Source of the DNA: Strigamia acuminata
Lineage: Eukaryota
Direction: 5' to 3'
DNA: 64,000 nucleotides
NCBI GenBank assembly: GCA_949358305.1
Contig: OX442314.1
Coordinates: 20,460,001-20,524,000, forward strand
The notes under the pieces were generated by a model. That model was given only the letters and a program-made list of their open reading frames with translations, was not told the DNA's origin and did no database searches. The position numbers were made by a program, and so were the translations under genes. Below, in pieces: positions 38,380 to 53,599 of the stretch. Every line of letters begins with the position of its first letter. The stretch's first letter is position 1.

Positions 38380-39137
38380 CAAATGTTTTAGTCAATTTTT
38401 GTTTATTATTATTTTTTCTCCTCGTTTTAATTCACAATGATAATGATATACCGGTACTAACAATAGAGAAAAATGAAAAATACATTTCTGAACTATACAC
38501 AAAAGAAAATGAGTATTGAATTCTAATTTCATTATTGAAAGGAATGTAGTTTCACATCGTTTTTTTTGTCTTTTTTTATACAAAAGTTAATAAGTGTTTA
38601 AAGCTTTGCAACCAAAAAAAGATAAGTCAAAAAGGTTAGCACACAGTAGGCGGAAGGTACAATTTAATGCATCAATTTGGCACCATTCTCGAAATACATG
38701 ATAATTACAATTTATCTAAATCGTTACTTTGTTTCGTTTCAATCTAATGTTTAAAAAGTTTTAAGAAATTTCTCATTTTAGCTGATTATTTTGTATAAAA
38801 ACGGTTCTCAAAAACTAGAAAAAGCTTATACAAAAGAACGAGACAATTATATTTGAAAGGGAATTGATTGGAGGAAAAATGAATCGAGCGCACACACGCA
38901 GCTAAGAAGCCACCAGAAAGTAAAAAAAAATAATAATAATATTTATATATAAAAGATGAAAATATATCTGATATTTCCAACACTTGAAGTTAAATAAATG
39001 TCTTTTATATTATCTCCACATCAAAACATGAAAAACCTACTATAAAGATATGTACAAAAGAATGAAGCGATTCCAATACCGTTAAAACTTCTTAGATGTT
39101 CCCAGCGCAAAATCGTTTAATTACTAAACCAGTCTAG

Positions 39138-42100
39138 TCAATTTTCTTGTGACAGTTGAAAATCTCCACTAAATTCCAATGCTGTTTTATAACAAAATTC
39201 ATACAGATTCTGAAAAAAAAAGAAAAAAACACATTTTTATTTTTAAAAAAGTATTAATATTTTTTTGTTGTATTTTTCTTACAAAATTTCGGAGCATCAT
39301 TGGCCTCTGTGATCTCATATTCCTAGCAACTTGAAATAAATCAACCCTTTGTTCCCACTTAATTTGCGACATTAAGATACTGCAGGCTATGAACATCGAA
39401 CTCCGATCGCCACCATCACTGCAATACAATATTTACACATTAATTTCAAAATATTTCAACACGTATTAGTAAGTAATTACCTGCAATGTACAACTATGGG
39501 ACCGCACGAATCTAATTTATTATCCCAAATATCTTTAATCACAGCTATGAACGAGACTGGCGTCGACGGTATAGCGTCATCATCGTTTTCAAAACCATTC
39601 ATACGGAATTGCGTCACCGCTTGTAACGTAGAACTTTTAGTGTTTGTGACTTTAAATTTACATTTAGTAAAATGTAGGTTTTCTTCAACTTCTTCAGCTT
39701 TCACTTGAATGTGATCGTAATTGCACTCAGTTTCGGGCCAATACTTAAAAAAAGTCATTATTAATATAGATTTAAGTAGATGGTTAACCGTAAATACTTG
39801 TGGCTTTGATTCGCTAGACAACATCACTATGACGCTGACAGTTTGTTCATCGACCATTCTCCAAAATTCAGTGACACTGCATTCGAGTGGATTTTGTGTA
39901 ATAATAAAAGTATCTGTTCGATCGTAACCCTGGATGAAGGATGCATTTATGTATGTGGAATGCTCCCGAGAAGGCACTGGAGTCAAAATTACACGATTCC
40001 TATCATCTGTAAACACAAAGTTAAACGGAACATCAATTTAATAAAAAAAACGAAAATATGACTGGTATGGTACGTACAGGGAACAATTGTCGAGCTTTTA
40101 TTTTTCTTCGCATTCACTTCGGTCGTTGCTACGTCGGTTGTCCGCGGATCTTCAATCAATTCACTCAATTTCTAAAAAAAAAAAACATTTCAAATAAAAT
40201 TTCAAAATTTAATACTTTTAACAAACAGTAAATCAAACCTCAAATTCCACTTGTAACAAACTCTTTCCATTCTTGTCCGTATTTGATTGCATTAAATGCA
40301 GCGTATTTTTAAAGTTTTTCACCTCTATTTCCGTATCACCAAATTGAGCATACTCCAATAACGCGCGATACAGAAATATATACTGTTTCTGTAATTTCAT
40401 AAATTATAAAAAAAAAAAAATCATTTTACAATACATACATAAAATTAAAATTAAAAAAAAAAATTTGTATTTATACTGACCAAAGACTGTACAAGAAAAT
40501 TACGCTGTCTGCGTACATTGACAACAGCATTGTAAATTTCAATTTGCCCTTCCTCCTTCATCTGTTGAATAAGCGAATCAATAACGACGAGTGTCCCCGT
40601 GCGTCCAACACCTGCACTGCAATGGACCAAAATGGGTCCCTTATCAGGTGTGTATGTTTCATTGATTCGTTTGATGAATTTCAATATTCCACCCGGATGT
40701 TCCGGCGCGAGAAAATCTTTCCACGTTAGATAATGGAACTGCGAAATATTCCTCGATTCCAAATTTCCTTCAGTCTGTTGTAAGAAATTTTACAAATTAA
40801 AACAAATGTGTTTTAAAAGGACAATTTAATAAATTTCACCTTTTCAAAATTAACGTTGAATTTCCTAATTGCAAAATCAGCGTATTTTTTACACTCGTCC
40901 GTCGTTACTGCGATGTTACCAAATTTTTTCTCGTTCTCGTCTGGCCAGTATTTAGCACATTTCATCTGAATTTGAAAAATCAAAAATAGTTACAATTAGA
41001 TTCAATTAATTATTACAAATTGTATTCTTTACCTTTCCGTTTTCTTCCAACCCAGTCACCATAATGACAATTTCCACTTTCTGTTCCCAAATCATTCTCC
41101 AAAAATCATTAACCGTTTTATCCAACGGTCCTTGCGCACAAATGAATTTTTTCCGATCTTTATAACCCATTACAAAATTAGCATTCACGTAATCAGATCC
41201 CGTTAATCCTTCTATTGGTGTCAGTTTAACTCGTGTTTGATCATCTTAAAAAAATAAAAAATAAAAAATAAATGTAAAATAAATAAATAAATAAATGTGC
41301 ACTTACAAGCTTTAATGTCGGGATAACGATTCTTAAAAAAATTCTCCAACATATCAGAAGCTCGACTTGTTCTGTCACGGAATTGTTCAGGTAAGGATTC
41401 AAATTCACGTTGAAACAGCAAATCGCTATCTTTGTGCCTTTCAATAAAACCACTCGGTAAATTTTCAGGTCGTAAAGGCTTGATATCTGGAGTAGGCAAC
41501 ACTGGAGTTCCTTGTAAACACACAAATTACAATTTACAATTCCAAAATTAATTGTTATTTTATTTTATTTACTTAAACCTCCAGTTCTTGGACGATTCAG
41601 AAACCCGCACAACATTTGTCGAACACCAGACCTTCCATCTTGCTCGTAATCCATCAAATGATTTCGCTTACTAAACGATAAAAAAAAAATGTCAACGAAA
41701 ATGTACACACGGACCAATATTATTCCTACCTCAAAGTACAAAGCGCAACAATTAAAATTATAATTACAGCCAAAAGACCGCAAATGACGCCCAAAGCAGT
41801 TGTTTGTAAATTGTACTTTAAGTAACCTGTTCGTAAGGGGAGAAACAAACTGCTCCGTTTAGTCAAAACTACATTGTCTTTTCCTGTAACTTTAACTTCG
41901 ACAAAACCACTATAAAACGTGTCAGGAGACAATTCGCCATCGTCAACTATTTCATCTAACACATCGTTTTCTTCTTCCGCGATTTCGATGGTCCTTCTTT
42001 GGCGAACCGGTGGAAAACCGCAATAACTCTGAATTTCATCTCCTAACATGACTTCAGTTAGAAATTGCTCTCCGTTAAATGCTTCGGCGATGTATGCTCC

Positions 42101-44700
42101 GTGAGATCCATCCTTGTGTACCTCGGAATATGATAAAATATCGATACTCTGCGCTACAGGAATTTCTTCGTTATTCTTCATTTTGTATAAAATAATTCGA
42201 TAACACCTTTAGAAAACAAAAATCAATCAATCAATTATATCCATTAAAACCAAAACAATTTAATTTCGCATACTTAATGGGCCCATATCGTTCTGTAATT
42301 CGTTTCATAACCAATTTAAACTTTCTACAGTCCTCGGCAGGGTCCGCTTTTTGCAGCTGAAATTCTGGCATGTGAACAGGCACTGCATTTTGAGAATTAA
42401 AAATAATAATTATAAAAATTTCCTTCTGCGACCGATTTTATTTACCGCTCGGTGGTGTTGAACATTGCGAATCCGCAGATATTTCACTCATATTACCACA
42501 ACCAACACTCGTTACGGCACAAATTTGAATCGTGTAGTTCGTATTAGCAGCTACGGGCACTTTAACGGCATTTTCCGGGGTGTCGAATTCTATCGGACTG
42601 TCTTCTTCGACTATATGAAGCCCTCTCGCATTAACGTAAGTCGCAAATCCTATTAGCTGAACTTTATATTTCTGTATTTCATCCTTCGGGTCCTCGGGAG
42701 TGCTCCAAGCAATATCGACATAATTACCCAAACTGATATTGTCGTAGTGACAACCCACAATCACATTCAGGGGAGGACTCGAGTCTGGCAACAAAAAAGA
42801 ATCGTATAAATAAAATTTAAAACATTCAAAACGGAAATATTTACATCCAAAAAGAAATGTTTTGAGTACAAGCGATTCATCGCTGCATCCGATTTCAAGA
42901 TTATTGTTGCAAGCCTTAATCTTAAAACTGTACGTTTTTCCTTCAAATAATTCGGATACAACGTGTTGATGGTAATGGAATCCATGCATGGAATCCCAAA
43001 AAGCAACATCTTCAGATCGGTTCCACGACGATCCAACCTCGCTAATAAAAATGCGATGGAAATTGATCATGATTCCTCCATCCGATAGTAAAGTGTTCCA
43101 GTGCAGTTTCACACTGTTAGGATTCAAAATTTCCACTTTGAGAAGCTCCGGTTGCGTCAAACCTGAATACATTCGTAAATTAAGTAAATATAGATTAAAA
43201 ATTGATTTATATTACTGTAAATACCTTTATTAAGGATCGTAATATCACTCGAAGTAAAATCATATTTTGTCGATGCCGTGCAAGTGTAGGCACCCAAATA
43301 GTTTTCTGTTAAATTATGAATAACTAAACCCGAGCTTATTTCCGTGGTGCTTATAACCCGCTGGGTTATATTGATGTTCTCTCGACTAGACAATTCCGTG
43401 CCGTTTTTACTCCATGTTATGGACTGTGGCAACGGGTAACCAATAATTGTGCAAATCAAAGCTACTTCATCTCCTAATTCCCCTTTCACAATTGCTGGAT
43501 TTTTAATCTTAAGTTGCTCTAAGAAATTAGAAAGAAATAAACAAAAATCGACATTAAATTTTTTTAAAAAGTTATTACAGTGTACTCTGTACGGACAGGG
43601 CAATTTGCTGGACCCCACCTACACCCAGCAATGTTAAATTCCCATCCCCATCCGGACGGCCTCTTAGTCAAAAAGGTCAAAACAACTTTCTCGGACCTGC
43701 GACATGTCCAGCCCGTATAGCGTACGCTGAGTATTATTATTATTATTCACCTCTGACAACCAAATCTAGACTTTTTGAATACACCATCGAAGAACTAATG
43801 GTTTTTACATTACACGCGTAATTTCCAGATTGAGTAATTTGCACGCAGTGCAATTGCAACGTCCACGTCACCAGAGAAGCATTGTTGATCTCCTGCGCTA
43901 TTGTAACATTGGGACTATCTGCTGCTATTGTGCTTCCATTCCAAGTCCACCACACTTTGGAGTCTAAATTCTGCACTTGACAAGCAAACACTGGGTCACT
44001 GCAAGCAATGGCATTTGGAGTGGTCGTGGTTAATCGTACGATAGGGTGAACGCCTGAAAAACAATGAACAACCAGTTTTTTATTTATTATATTATTAACA
44101 ATATTCACATGCAACTGTTTTGTTAATTTGTAAAATTTAAATCTGAGTTTATTTACTTTGACAAGTTTAATCCATTAATTTATTTTAACTAGTTAAGCTC
44201 AGTTTGAATGTTTAATTTACGCATTTATTAAGCCAGGAAATGAGTAAAGATTTGATCAGCAAATGACAGGAAAGACGTTCTCTTGATTTTTATACAAATG
44301 CAAAGATATTTTTCCCAGAATTTATATTCTCTTTTAAGGTTCATTATGAATTACAAAATTATTATTTTCCTTCAACGTTGATTTTGATTTTTTTCTTGTT
44401 TTTCACTCTAATTCTTCCGATTCACCAATTACGTGATTATTTGTCAATAAAATTCATTTCATAAGAAAGGATAAATGAATAATGAGCCCACTCCTTTCCT
44501 GCTTGAAATTTTTTCACTTTATATTATCTTGGTTAAAATTAAATAAATTTTCTGTCAAAATTTCAAAATCAATTTCGATTTTTTTAAACTAAACAACAAC
44601 ATAAAATTCACTATGAAAACTAACCCCGAACTGGTGGTGCGATGATGAGCAAGGAAAACGTAAAAATGAAGATTTGATAAATTGTCCGTGTGTTTTTCAT
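39138..44700 (-). CDS. Ptp69D: Receptor-type tyrosine phosphatase PTP69D-like (signal peptide, 2 Ig, FN3 repeats, TM, D1 and D2 PTP domains)
   Basis: D1 KNRYPDIK, HYLTWKDFLAPEHP, VHCSAGVGRTG, QRNFLVQS; D2 with degenerate HCSDGGDRSS; Ig exons at 43157-44114; TM ALGVICGLLAVIIILIVALCTL. Confidence 0.92.
43578..43729. mobile_element. Degenerate hAT-like MITE, 152 bp, in a PTP69D intron
   Basis: CAGTGTACTCTGTACGGACAGGG versus reverse complement of right end CAGCGTACGCTATACGGGCTGGA (17/23); flanks AGTTATTA / AGTATTAT resemble a decayed 8-bp TSD; GC-richer than host introns. Confidence 0.5.
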
Positions 44701-45244
44701 GATCAAAGTTGGATCTGTCAAGTTGGATTGATAAAAACCGTCCGGAAATTGAAGAAAATCCGAGAATTCTGCTTTGTTTTCTGTCGTCTTATGCAGTTGC
44801 TCGCTCTTTCCTCCTCTTCGGGTTACTTCAGTCACTTCATGTAGTCAAAATGGTATTTGAGATAAAGGTTTTACTTCAAAAAATTTGTTTTTCCATTGTA
44901 TAGAACTACAGCATCCTTTCAATCAACAACACAACACGGATGGCAAGCACTTATTACCTCAAACTATTTTGGGATCGGCATTTTCATCTTTTCTCTAAAG
45001 ATTGACGCGACATCTGGTGTGAGAATTCAAACCAAAAGCGCCTTAACACTTCAGCAGACGAAAATCAACTGTTCCCAGTAGAAATAAAACTCTTTAATTC
45101 TTTAATACACTTTAATAAATGCATTTAAGCAATTACAATGCATCACATTATTATTTGGTATGATTAAAGACTAAACAGGTGCACTAAAATCTTCAAATAA
45201 AGTTACAGAAATGTGTAAATATTTATAAAAAAAATTTAAAATCT

Positions 45245-46424
45245 TCATGATCTTAGACCAAGCTCGGTAACTTTTTTTTGTGCATGCGCCATTACGATCA
45301 TACTGCATCCATTAGCAATAAAACTGCGTATAACACCGGGTGCTAGTCCCCGATACAGCCCGAAAAAACCGCCTCTTTCTTTGACAACGAATTTCATTCG
45401 CTCTAAAACACTTTTATTTTGTCCGTAGCTTCCTTGCACCTGAGATTTCATATACTCCAGAGGCCAAACGACTAACCAAGCAGCAGTTGCCGCAAAGCCA
45501 GAACTTAAAAATGGACCCAATACTGGACTACGAAAAAATTGATTAAAATTTCTTCTTTGTGTGTCGATAATAATAAAATAGACCGTCATTAAACCAACTG
45601 TCCGAGCCCAGGTCACACCAAAACCCTAGAAAAACAAAAGTAAACTTAATACAACACTTATTTTTAAATATTTTAAATATTCATACGGTGTATAGTCGGT
45701 TGAATTGCCAGTTTTGTCCGGTTTGTCGACGAATTTTTATGTAATCTAATGGAGTTTCAATTAAAGCACGTGATGTGGCTGAAAGCAAACCACCAATGAT
45801 AACTCTCCTGTTTAAAAAAATTAAAAAATTAAAAAATTCTTAAAAACACATCAAATTGTATAAAAACACATCAAATTGTATAAAAAAAATGTATTAACGT
45901 TTGGAGTCCGGCAGTGAATGGAATTTCAGTTTTACCCGTATTTGTGTCTAGATATGTGTATCTAAAATCAAATTAACTTAATTTAAAACATTAATTGGCG
46001 TTTAACAATTTATTTCTGCACTAACGCGGCTTCAAAAACAGCAAATTGAGTTGATCGGTAAATGCCAGATCCGAGCAAAGGTGGGACGCAGCCACTATAA
46101 CCATGAAACCTATTAAAACAGCTGCAAATAATTAAAGATTTATTGTTTACCGATATAAACCTATAACGCCTTCTTTCTTCATAATCTTGACAAAACTTTG
46201 TATAATCCCTGTTTTTTCATATCCAACTTGAGCTTGCATTTTGGTTTTAATAGTATCCAGAGGATGACCCACGCACACGCTTGTAAGTCCATACAAAACA
46301 CCAACTGCGAATAAATACCCATTTTAATTAAATATAAAAATCAATTAAATTTTGTACAAATATTACCACCAAGTCCAATGGCACCTTCCTTAATCCAATG
46401 CACCCTTTCTTCATTGTGAGTCAT
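45245..46424 (-). CDS. Mitochondrial carrier (SLC25 family), substrate unknown
   Basis: Three Px[DE]xx[KR] signatures: HPLDTIKTKMQ, TPLDYIKIRRQ, WPLEYMKSQVQ; GLYRG motifs. Confidence 0.92.
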
Positions 46425-47056
46425 TATTCTGCAAATTTAAATTTTGTAAACCAACAAACAAATCTTCGGGCAAACGAAACTATCAATAATCTTCAACCTC
46501 AAATGGCGATTAGACACCACTTGTAACCTTTGAAACTACATAATATGTAATATCGCACAAGATCTTCATCGATTATTACAAAGCTGAAAGCTTACGTTTA
46601 GAATTATTATTTTTTTGCACTTATGCAACCGTGAAAATTTCCTTGTTTTCACCAATAATTGGCATTGGTGTCACATATATCACAAATCCATTGATGCCAC
46701 TTATATAATGTCATGAGCCGGCATTTCCCTGTAGAAACATCAACTGCAAAGCCGTTGCTTCATTTTAAAAATTCACTTTCCAACCACCTATAATTAAAAA
46801 CTTTATTATATACAAATTAATTATTCTACTGCATTATTATGCAACTCAAATAATCACCATGGTTAACCCGTTAACCACATGACAAGATATAAATAAATAA
46901 TTAAATCAATTGGTAGACGATTTTCGCCACCAGAGGGTTTTCCATTTACCATAGAGTAATTTCCTGTAAATTCCGCCTTCTAGTGACAAGGGAGAGAAGC
47001 TACCGAAATTAAGGAAGTGCTGTTTACGTTTGCTACTCCGTTCATCTGATGAGATT

Positions 47057-50000
47057 ATGGAAAAGCATAAATTATGCCAAAGTTTGATGACATGGGTAAG
47101 TGTTTTCTTTGCTTGCTGTTGATTAAACAAATCGGGAGAGATAAACGAATTTAAGTTTGATACTTTTAAGTGTAAATAATAGTTCGTCAAGTTTGACAAT
47201 GGCTCCCCAAGGCCAGACAGTGCTAATCACCTCTTATTAAGTCAACTTTTGAACTCTTATTACTTGTGTACTTATTTAATTTCAGCTGAGAACATTCAAT
47301 GTGAGTGCTCCTCATTCATCGGTGGAAGAATTGTCAGATGGAGTTGCAATGGCCGAAGTATTGAGTCAAGTGTACGTTTTGTTGTTTTTTTGTTTTTAAA
47401 ATAAATGAAATTAGAAATTGAAATTATTGAAGAAAGTCCTGAAATCGTTAATTTATATTAAATCTTATTTTTAGGGCCCCTGATTGGTTCGATTCGTTGT
47501 GGCTGTCTAAATTGAAAACAAGTGATGTGAGCAACTGGAGGTTAAAAGTGGGTTTGGAATACATGTCATCGAGTATTTAGTTTTTAATTTATTTATTTCG
47601 TAATAGGTTAGTAACTTGAGAAAGATTTTAAAAAGCATACAGGATTATTACCAAGAAGTAAGCGGCGGTAGATTTTTGTTAATTTGCTTGTAATGTAATT
47701 TTCATGGTGTTTTAGGTGATTGGACAACAGATTACGGAATTTACCTTCCCAGATTTGAATGCAATCGGTAAATTTGAGTTAGTCTATCGTGTTAAGGGGT
47801 ATTTATTTAATCGGTTTGTTTTCGTTTAGCGGAAAATAATGATTCGGCCGAATTAGGACGGCTTTTACAATTAATCCTTGGCTGTGTTGTAAATTGTGAC
47901 CATAAACAAGAATACATCGAAGTTATCATGGGAATGGAAGAAGTTGATCAACACGAAGTGATGAATGCAATTCAAGAACTGATGAGTACATCCGCTATAG
48001 TTTCGTCGTCTTCGGATTTGGGATCTGAATCGGAACAAAACAAAAGACTCTCGGAACAACTTCAAGACGCCATTGAGGCCAAGGAACATATAACGCAAAG
48101 ATGCCACGAATTAGATTTGCAAGTAAAGCAAGAGCAAAACGAAGTGAAGACGAAAAAGATTAGACATAAATTTTAATTTTATTTTTAGGTGGCGATGTTG
48201 CAGGAGGATAAAACAACCTTAGAAAGTGAAAATGATAAACTATTACACAAACTGATTCAATTGGAAGACTTTGACGACATGAACACATCGGCAGGGAAGA
48301 AACATCAGAAGTTACAGCAACAAGTTGAGGTTTTACAAGAAGAAGCTTTCAAATTAGAAACTAGTCGTGACGAATATCGTTTGAAAAGTGAGGATTTTGA
48401 GAAAAGGTTTATGGATGTACAAGGAAAAGTAAATTTTATTCTCCAAAATTAATTCAAATTAAATTAAATTATATTAATTTGAATTCTAGAATGAAGAAAT
48501 GCAGAAAAAATTGGACGACGCGCGCCAACTGAAGGATGAAGTCGACATCTTGCGCGAAACTGCGGACAAAGCTGTAAGAATTTATTTTATTTTATTTTTC
48601 ACGGTTTTTTCACGTACAATATTTGTATTAGATTAAAATGGAAGCAGCGATAGAGTCCTATAAAAAGAAATTGGAGGATCTAAGTGACACTAAGCGACAA
48701 TTGAAGATGCTAGAAGAAAAAAATTTAGAGTACATGAAAACAAATATGCAATTGGAAGAAGTAATTTCTACGAAGAACAAAAGTCATTGCAGAAAAATCG
48801 AAATTAATTTCTGTTTATTTATTAGGACTTAAAGAAAAGTGTTTCGTTGAAATCTCGTATCGAGGTTTACAAAAAACAAATCTTTGAGTTGCATAATAAA
48901 GTATTGGAAGAAACGAAACGTGCGGACGTAGCGGAATTTGAGAGCAAACGAACACAAGACAAATTAGTAACATTAGAAAAAGAAAAAGAAGTATATAATC
49001 TATTTTTAAAGTTTTCAAAAAATGTAATTAGTGTTTTTTTAACTCGTGAATATTCTTGCAGAGGATCATGGCTGAAAGAGATGCAATCAAGGAGACGGTG
49101 GACGAGTTGAAACTCTCATTGCTGGAAATAGGTCGATTATTTTGAGCTTAAAATCTATTTATTTAAAATTAAATTAAATTAAATGATTATACAGAAAATT
49201 CAAAGAAACCGGCTTCCGTTGGGTCTTCAGATTCAGATATTTTGGATTCGGTTCCACCCGAGATAAAGTAAACTCTTAATGTAATGTAATGTGATGAAAT
49301 AATAAATATTTATTTGTTTTTAGGGAGAAATTAATCAGGTTGCAACATGAGAATAAAATGTTTAAATTGAACGTACAAAGCAACAATGAAGAAGTGCTGC
49401 AATGCATGTTAGACGACGCCAGGCAGCATGAAAGTGAATTACAAATGGAAAACAGGTTTGATAAAGTGAAAGTGTTTCGTAAAATGTGTGCGACTTGTTT
49501 AGATTTTCTGGTGGATTGTTTTTCTCCTTGATTGAATGTATTCTGATTTTCTTTGGGATTTTGCTTTTGGTTTTGTATTCCACTTTGTTTTGCGTGAGAG
49601 TGAATTTGTATTAACACTTGGTAGGCAATAAATTTGTTGTTTGTTTTTTTTTATTTTTTATATTTTCGGTATTTTTTTGTTTGTTTTGTAACTAACAACA
49701 AAAATTATTAGAAATTAAGTTATATATTAATTTAAATCGATATTCTTTTAACAGATTAGTCAATCAGAGAATTTTGGAGCTGCAAGGGCAATTGGAAGAT
49801 CTTCAGGTCCACCAAAATGACAATACAAACCAAGGAGGAAGTGAAATTGGACAGAAATTGAGCAGTTTGGTCGATAAGATCAAGGGTTTAGAAGCCGAGT
49901 TACAAAATAAAAACACGAATAACGCAGAATTGGAAGCTCAATTAAATGAGAAAGGTAAAACTAAATTAAATTTATAAAATTTTAAATTAATTTGCTAAAA

Positions 50001-50752
50001 ATGAATTGCAGATCAACAGTTAACGACTCTGCAAGAGAATTTAAACAAAAAGGAGGATGATATGCGATGTATGGAAGAGAGATACAAGAAATATCTCGGC
50101 AAAGCTCAGAGCGTACGTTATTACGGGATTTGCAAATCGTTCGTTTGAATTTAATTGAACGTGAAATCTTTTTTAGATCATTCGAGTGCTGGATTCGAAA
50201 CAATCATCAGATACAATGAACGGAATTAGCACGTTAAAAAGTGAGCTTCAACAGAAGGAAAAAACGATCGCAGCACTAAAAGTAAATAAAGCAACAGATT
50301 AAAAGTTAATAATTTTGATTAATGTGTTTATATTTCGACAGAAGGAATCGGAGAAACAACAGAAAATGCGAGATGTAGAAGAGAGATTAATTGCGTCGTC
50401 GTTTCATTTATTGGTTGGTTTTATCCACGTAAACTTAGGAAATCGTTCTAATTTGTTTTTGGTTTTTAAGGGAAAACAGTTGCAACGAAAAGTTGTGGCT
50501 GAACGACTCACTCACACACAAAGTGTACAGCCGCAGACATTTCTAGCACGTCAGCGACAAGCCACTTCTCGTAAAATTGGTGGAAATTTACCCCAAAGGT
50601 GAAAACAAAAAATGAAAACTGACAACTAATTTTTATTTCAAAAATTGCTGATTGCTTATTTTCTGTAGCTTTTTTTGAAATTTTATTTTCACATATTTTT
50701 AGTTAGATTTTTTTATTTATTTTATTTTTGCAGTGAATTTTACATCGAGTAA
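47057..50752 (+). CDS. HOOK3: Hook family dynein adaptor (HOOK3-like); the final exon is ambiguous (stop at 50602 if the last intron is retained)
   Basis: LCQSLMTW|LRTF...ELSDGVAMAEVL; SNWRLK|VSNLRKIL; ELGRLLQLILGCVVNC; C-terminal FLARQRQATSRK. Confidence 0.9.
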
Positions 50753-51523
50753 TTTCTATCTAGAATTTGCATGCGCTTACTGATGTATCCCGTCTTTTGA
50801 AGAATGCGATTAATACCTAACAAAAAGTCTTTCCCCCTACGAATTTCTAGACAAAATATTTTACTTCTGCATTTAAAGAAAGATTTGCATGTTATTTTTA
50901 TTTTTATTTACAAAGTGAACTGTGTTAAAGTAACAACAACCGTATTTCTCGTATTGAATGCACTGCCGATGTCTCCGCAGTTGTGGAAATTTATGATTTT
51001 CGGTCTACGTCACAAATGTCATAATAACAAGATGGGGAAGGAATTATACTCAAAATTTTCATTTTATTTGACTTCACATTAAATAAATTTTTAATATTTA
51101 TTTAATTTTTTTATTTTACATCTTTTTGAAAAATACGAGAAATACAGTTCGATTTCAGACGTACCTTTTAAAAAACCTACAGTTTGATTGAATGTACAAT
51201 TTTCTAGAGGTTTGTAAATACTTTTGATATTTATATTTTAACCTGATCGGATGAGTGAGAACCATAACCAATATTCTATTTTCGCCCTTTTATTTTTTTA
51301 GTTTAAATTGTACGTCAGCATGAACTAAATAAATTTTAAATATTTAACAATCAAGTTTTTATTTATTCCTTATTTTTTTTATAGGTTGTGGAATAGGTCT
51401 TCTAGTACAGTTGTGACAAAATTTGAAGGTTAAAAGGCAAAAAAAAAAAATTAAATTTGTATATACAAAAAGAATGAAAGAAAAAACATTTTAAAAAGTA
51501 CAAAGCTCAAAACAATTTCTCAA

Positions 51524-53599
51524 TTATTTCTTTTTTCCTGATTTTGGAGCTAATTCTAAACCTTTGATAAATCTTCGGGGAACTTGATAATCATCTGCAG
51601 GGAAAGAAAAAAAATCAAACAAAATTTTTAATAACTCAAACACCATTTAGTAACCTAATAGTAATTTTCCGATAAACTTTATCTGATTTCCTTGAACCAT
51701 AACTTCGTGCCCTTCCTTGCGGTTTGCAGCGGCAGAAATACTCGTGCTTGCTGCAACACCAATTTGAACCGAATGCGCAAATTCTTTTGGATTTATTCCA
51801 AAAACTTCCAAATTGTATATCAATGTTACCTGAAATTTGCACATAATTATCCACCAATTATTTGAATCACATCAATTTGTTTACTTTCTTATTAGCTGCT
51901 CGTTGTGCCACAGATAATTCGATTGGATCCAATTTTCCTTTCTTGATTATTGGCAACTTGTTTGGAAATGTCATCTGATACGCTGGTTTCATTTTGGTGA
52001 CAAACCTAAAAAAAAAAACAGAAATGTGACAATAAAATGACACAACTAACAGTTAATTTAATTACCTCGTCATCAGATCATCCCATCTTAAACCTGGCTC
52101 TGAGGTGTGTAAACAATGGCTTAAAATTGGATCCATATTTACCAAGCTGTAAAACAAATCGGTATTTCTAACGTTTATTCGTGACAGAATTACAGTAAAT
52201 ACTACCTTCTCACTTCCGTACTTTGCAACTGGTTCTCCGTCACGTAATTTTTGATAATTTGTCGAATTTCTGTCACTGTTATTGCCGCCCCTTTACTGAA
52301 ACGAACGAAAACATTAATAAAATTAATTAAAATTAAACTAAAAAATTAAAAGTACCTCTTTTTCGCGAATTTAAAAAATGGCATCATATCGGCACTGATT
52401 ACAAACAAATCCACAATTTCAGGAAATTCGTACTTTGAATCGGTGCTAACAATTTCGTCGGCAGGTTCATCGATTTCCTCCACTTCTTCAACTTGATATC
52501 CGCGAATATCTGGATGAGCGAAATTAACAGCCACGATGCTTTCAACGCCACTCGACAGCTCCTTCACGTCGACAATTCCAAACTGTTGCATTTGCCGTAT
52601 AAACTTGGAAATTTTTTTAAACGATGATTTCTTTACATCCAACGAGGATCCTCGCGGACACGCCGGCATCATGTGACTTTTATAAAAAGTACTAATTAAT
52701 AAAGGCAATTGGGCCTTTTTCGCACTCGTTTTCCACGCGTGTAAAAAACATTTCGTCAACAAATCGTCCATTTTCTCCACTTCAGTTTGTGCATCTTCAG
52801 CACCATTTTCTTCATCCGCGGTGTTGTTCGACACAACTTTTTCCGAATCTGTAATTTCATTAGTCGTCGTCGTCGACGCGGTTGGATCGATTTGATCCGT
52901 CGTTGATTTTGTCGAGTTTTCAATTTTATCGTCACTTAAATCCAGATCTCCCAATTTTTCCTCGATTTCCACAATCGGTAAAGGATTTTTCTCTCCAGCA
53001 GCCCACAAATGATCCGGGTACGAATGGAGAATTATTACGCCTTTTCCACGTTTTCCAGATAGAAACATGTCTTCACTCGACATTGCCGTTTTACCAACGG
53101 CAACAACGGATCTGTTTTCTACCAGATCGACGCAACACACTTCACCTTTCTTCAATTTGCCAAACGTGTTTACATTCCAGTCGTCCGTTATGACTCCTGG
53201 CAACATTAAATCAGCACCGGAGTTTAGTTTTTCTAAAACTTGAGCATGCGTTGTGAATCTCGGTAAAACGTTTGGACATTTCCACATCGTGTAAACTGTA
53301 GGATAATAATTTTTGTCGTATTCAAAAAATAACGGGGATTTTTGGTTGAAGTAAATCGTAACGTAGTCTCCAGAATGAGTGGATATTTTCATGCCGGTGA
53401 AATCTCCCTTGTTCGGTATCAGGGTGGACAGATCATCGTCTAGAAATGTGGCATATTGACGTTTGATATCGTTTTTTAATTTTTTCCTAAACAAGAGAAA
53501 ATATAACAGTTTTAAATTTAGGGTTGGTTGATTATTTCATTACCTGTCTGATCCTTTAACAGTCGTATTTGACTTCACTTTAAACGGTTTTTGAAACAT
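51524..53599 (-). CDS. EIF2D: Eukaryotic translation initiation factor 2D (ligatin): PUA, SWIB, SUI1
   Basis: MFQKPFKVKSNTTVKGSDR|KKLK; YPTVYTMWK; GADLMLPGV; LDVKKSSFKKISKF; SUI1 EVMVQGNQIKFIGKLL. Confidence 0.95.

Noticed and set aside
40715..40726. WKD instead of WPD in the PTP D1 domain as a sign of inactivation
   Set aside because: As I recall, Drosophila PTP69D also has WKD; the catalytic HCSAGVGRTG is intact, so this is a family trait
45841..45886. 20-bp tandem duplication TAAAAACACATCAAATTGTA in an SLC25 intron
   Set aside because: Ordinary slippage duplication with no sign of function
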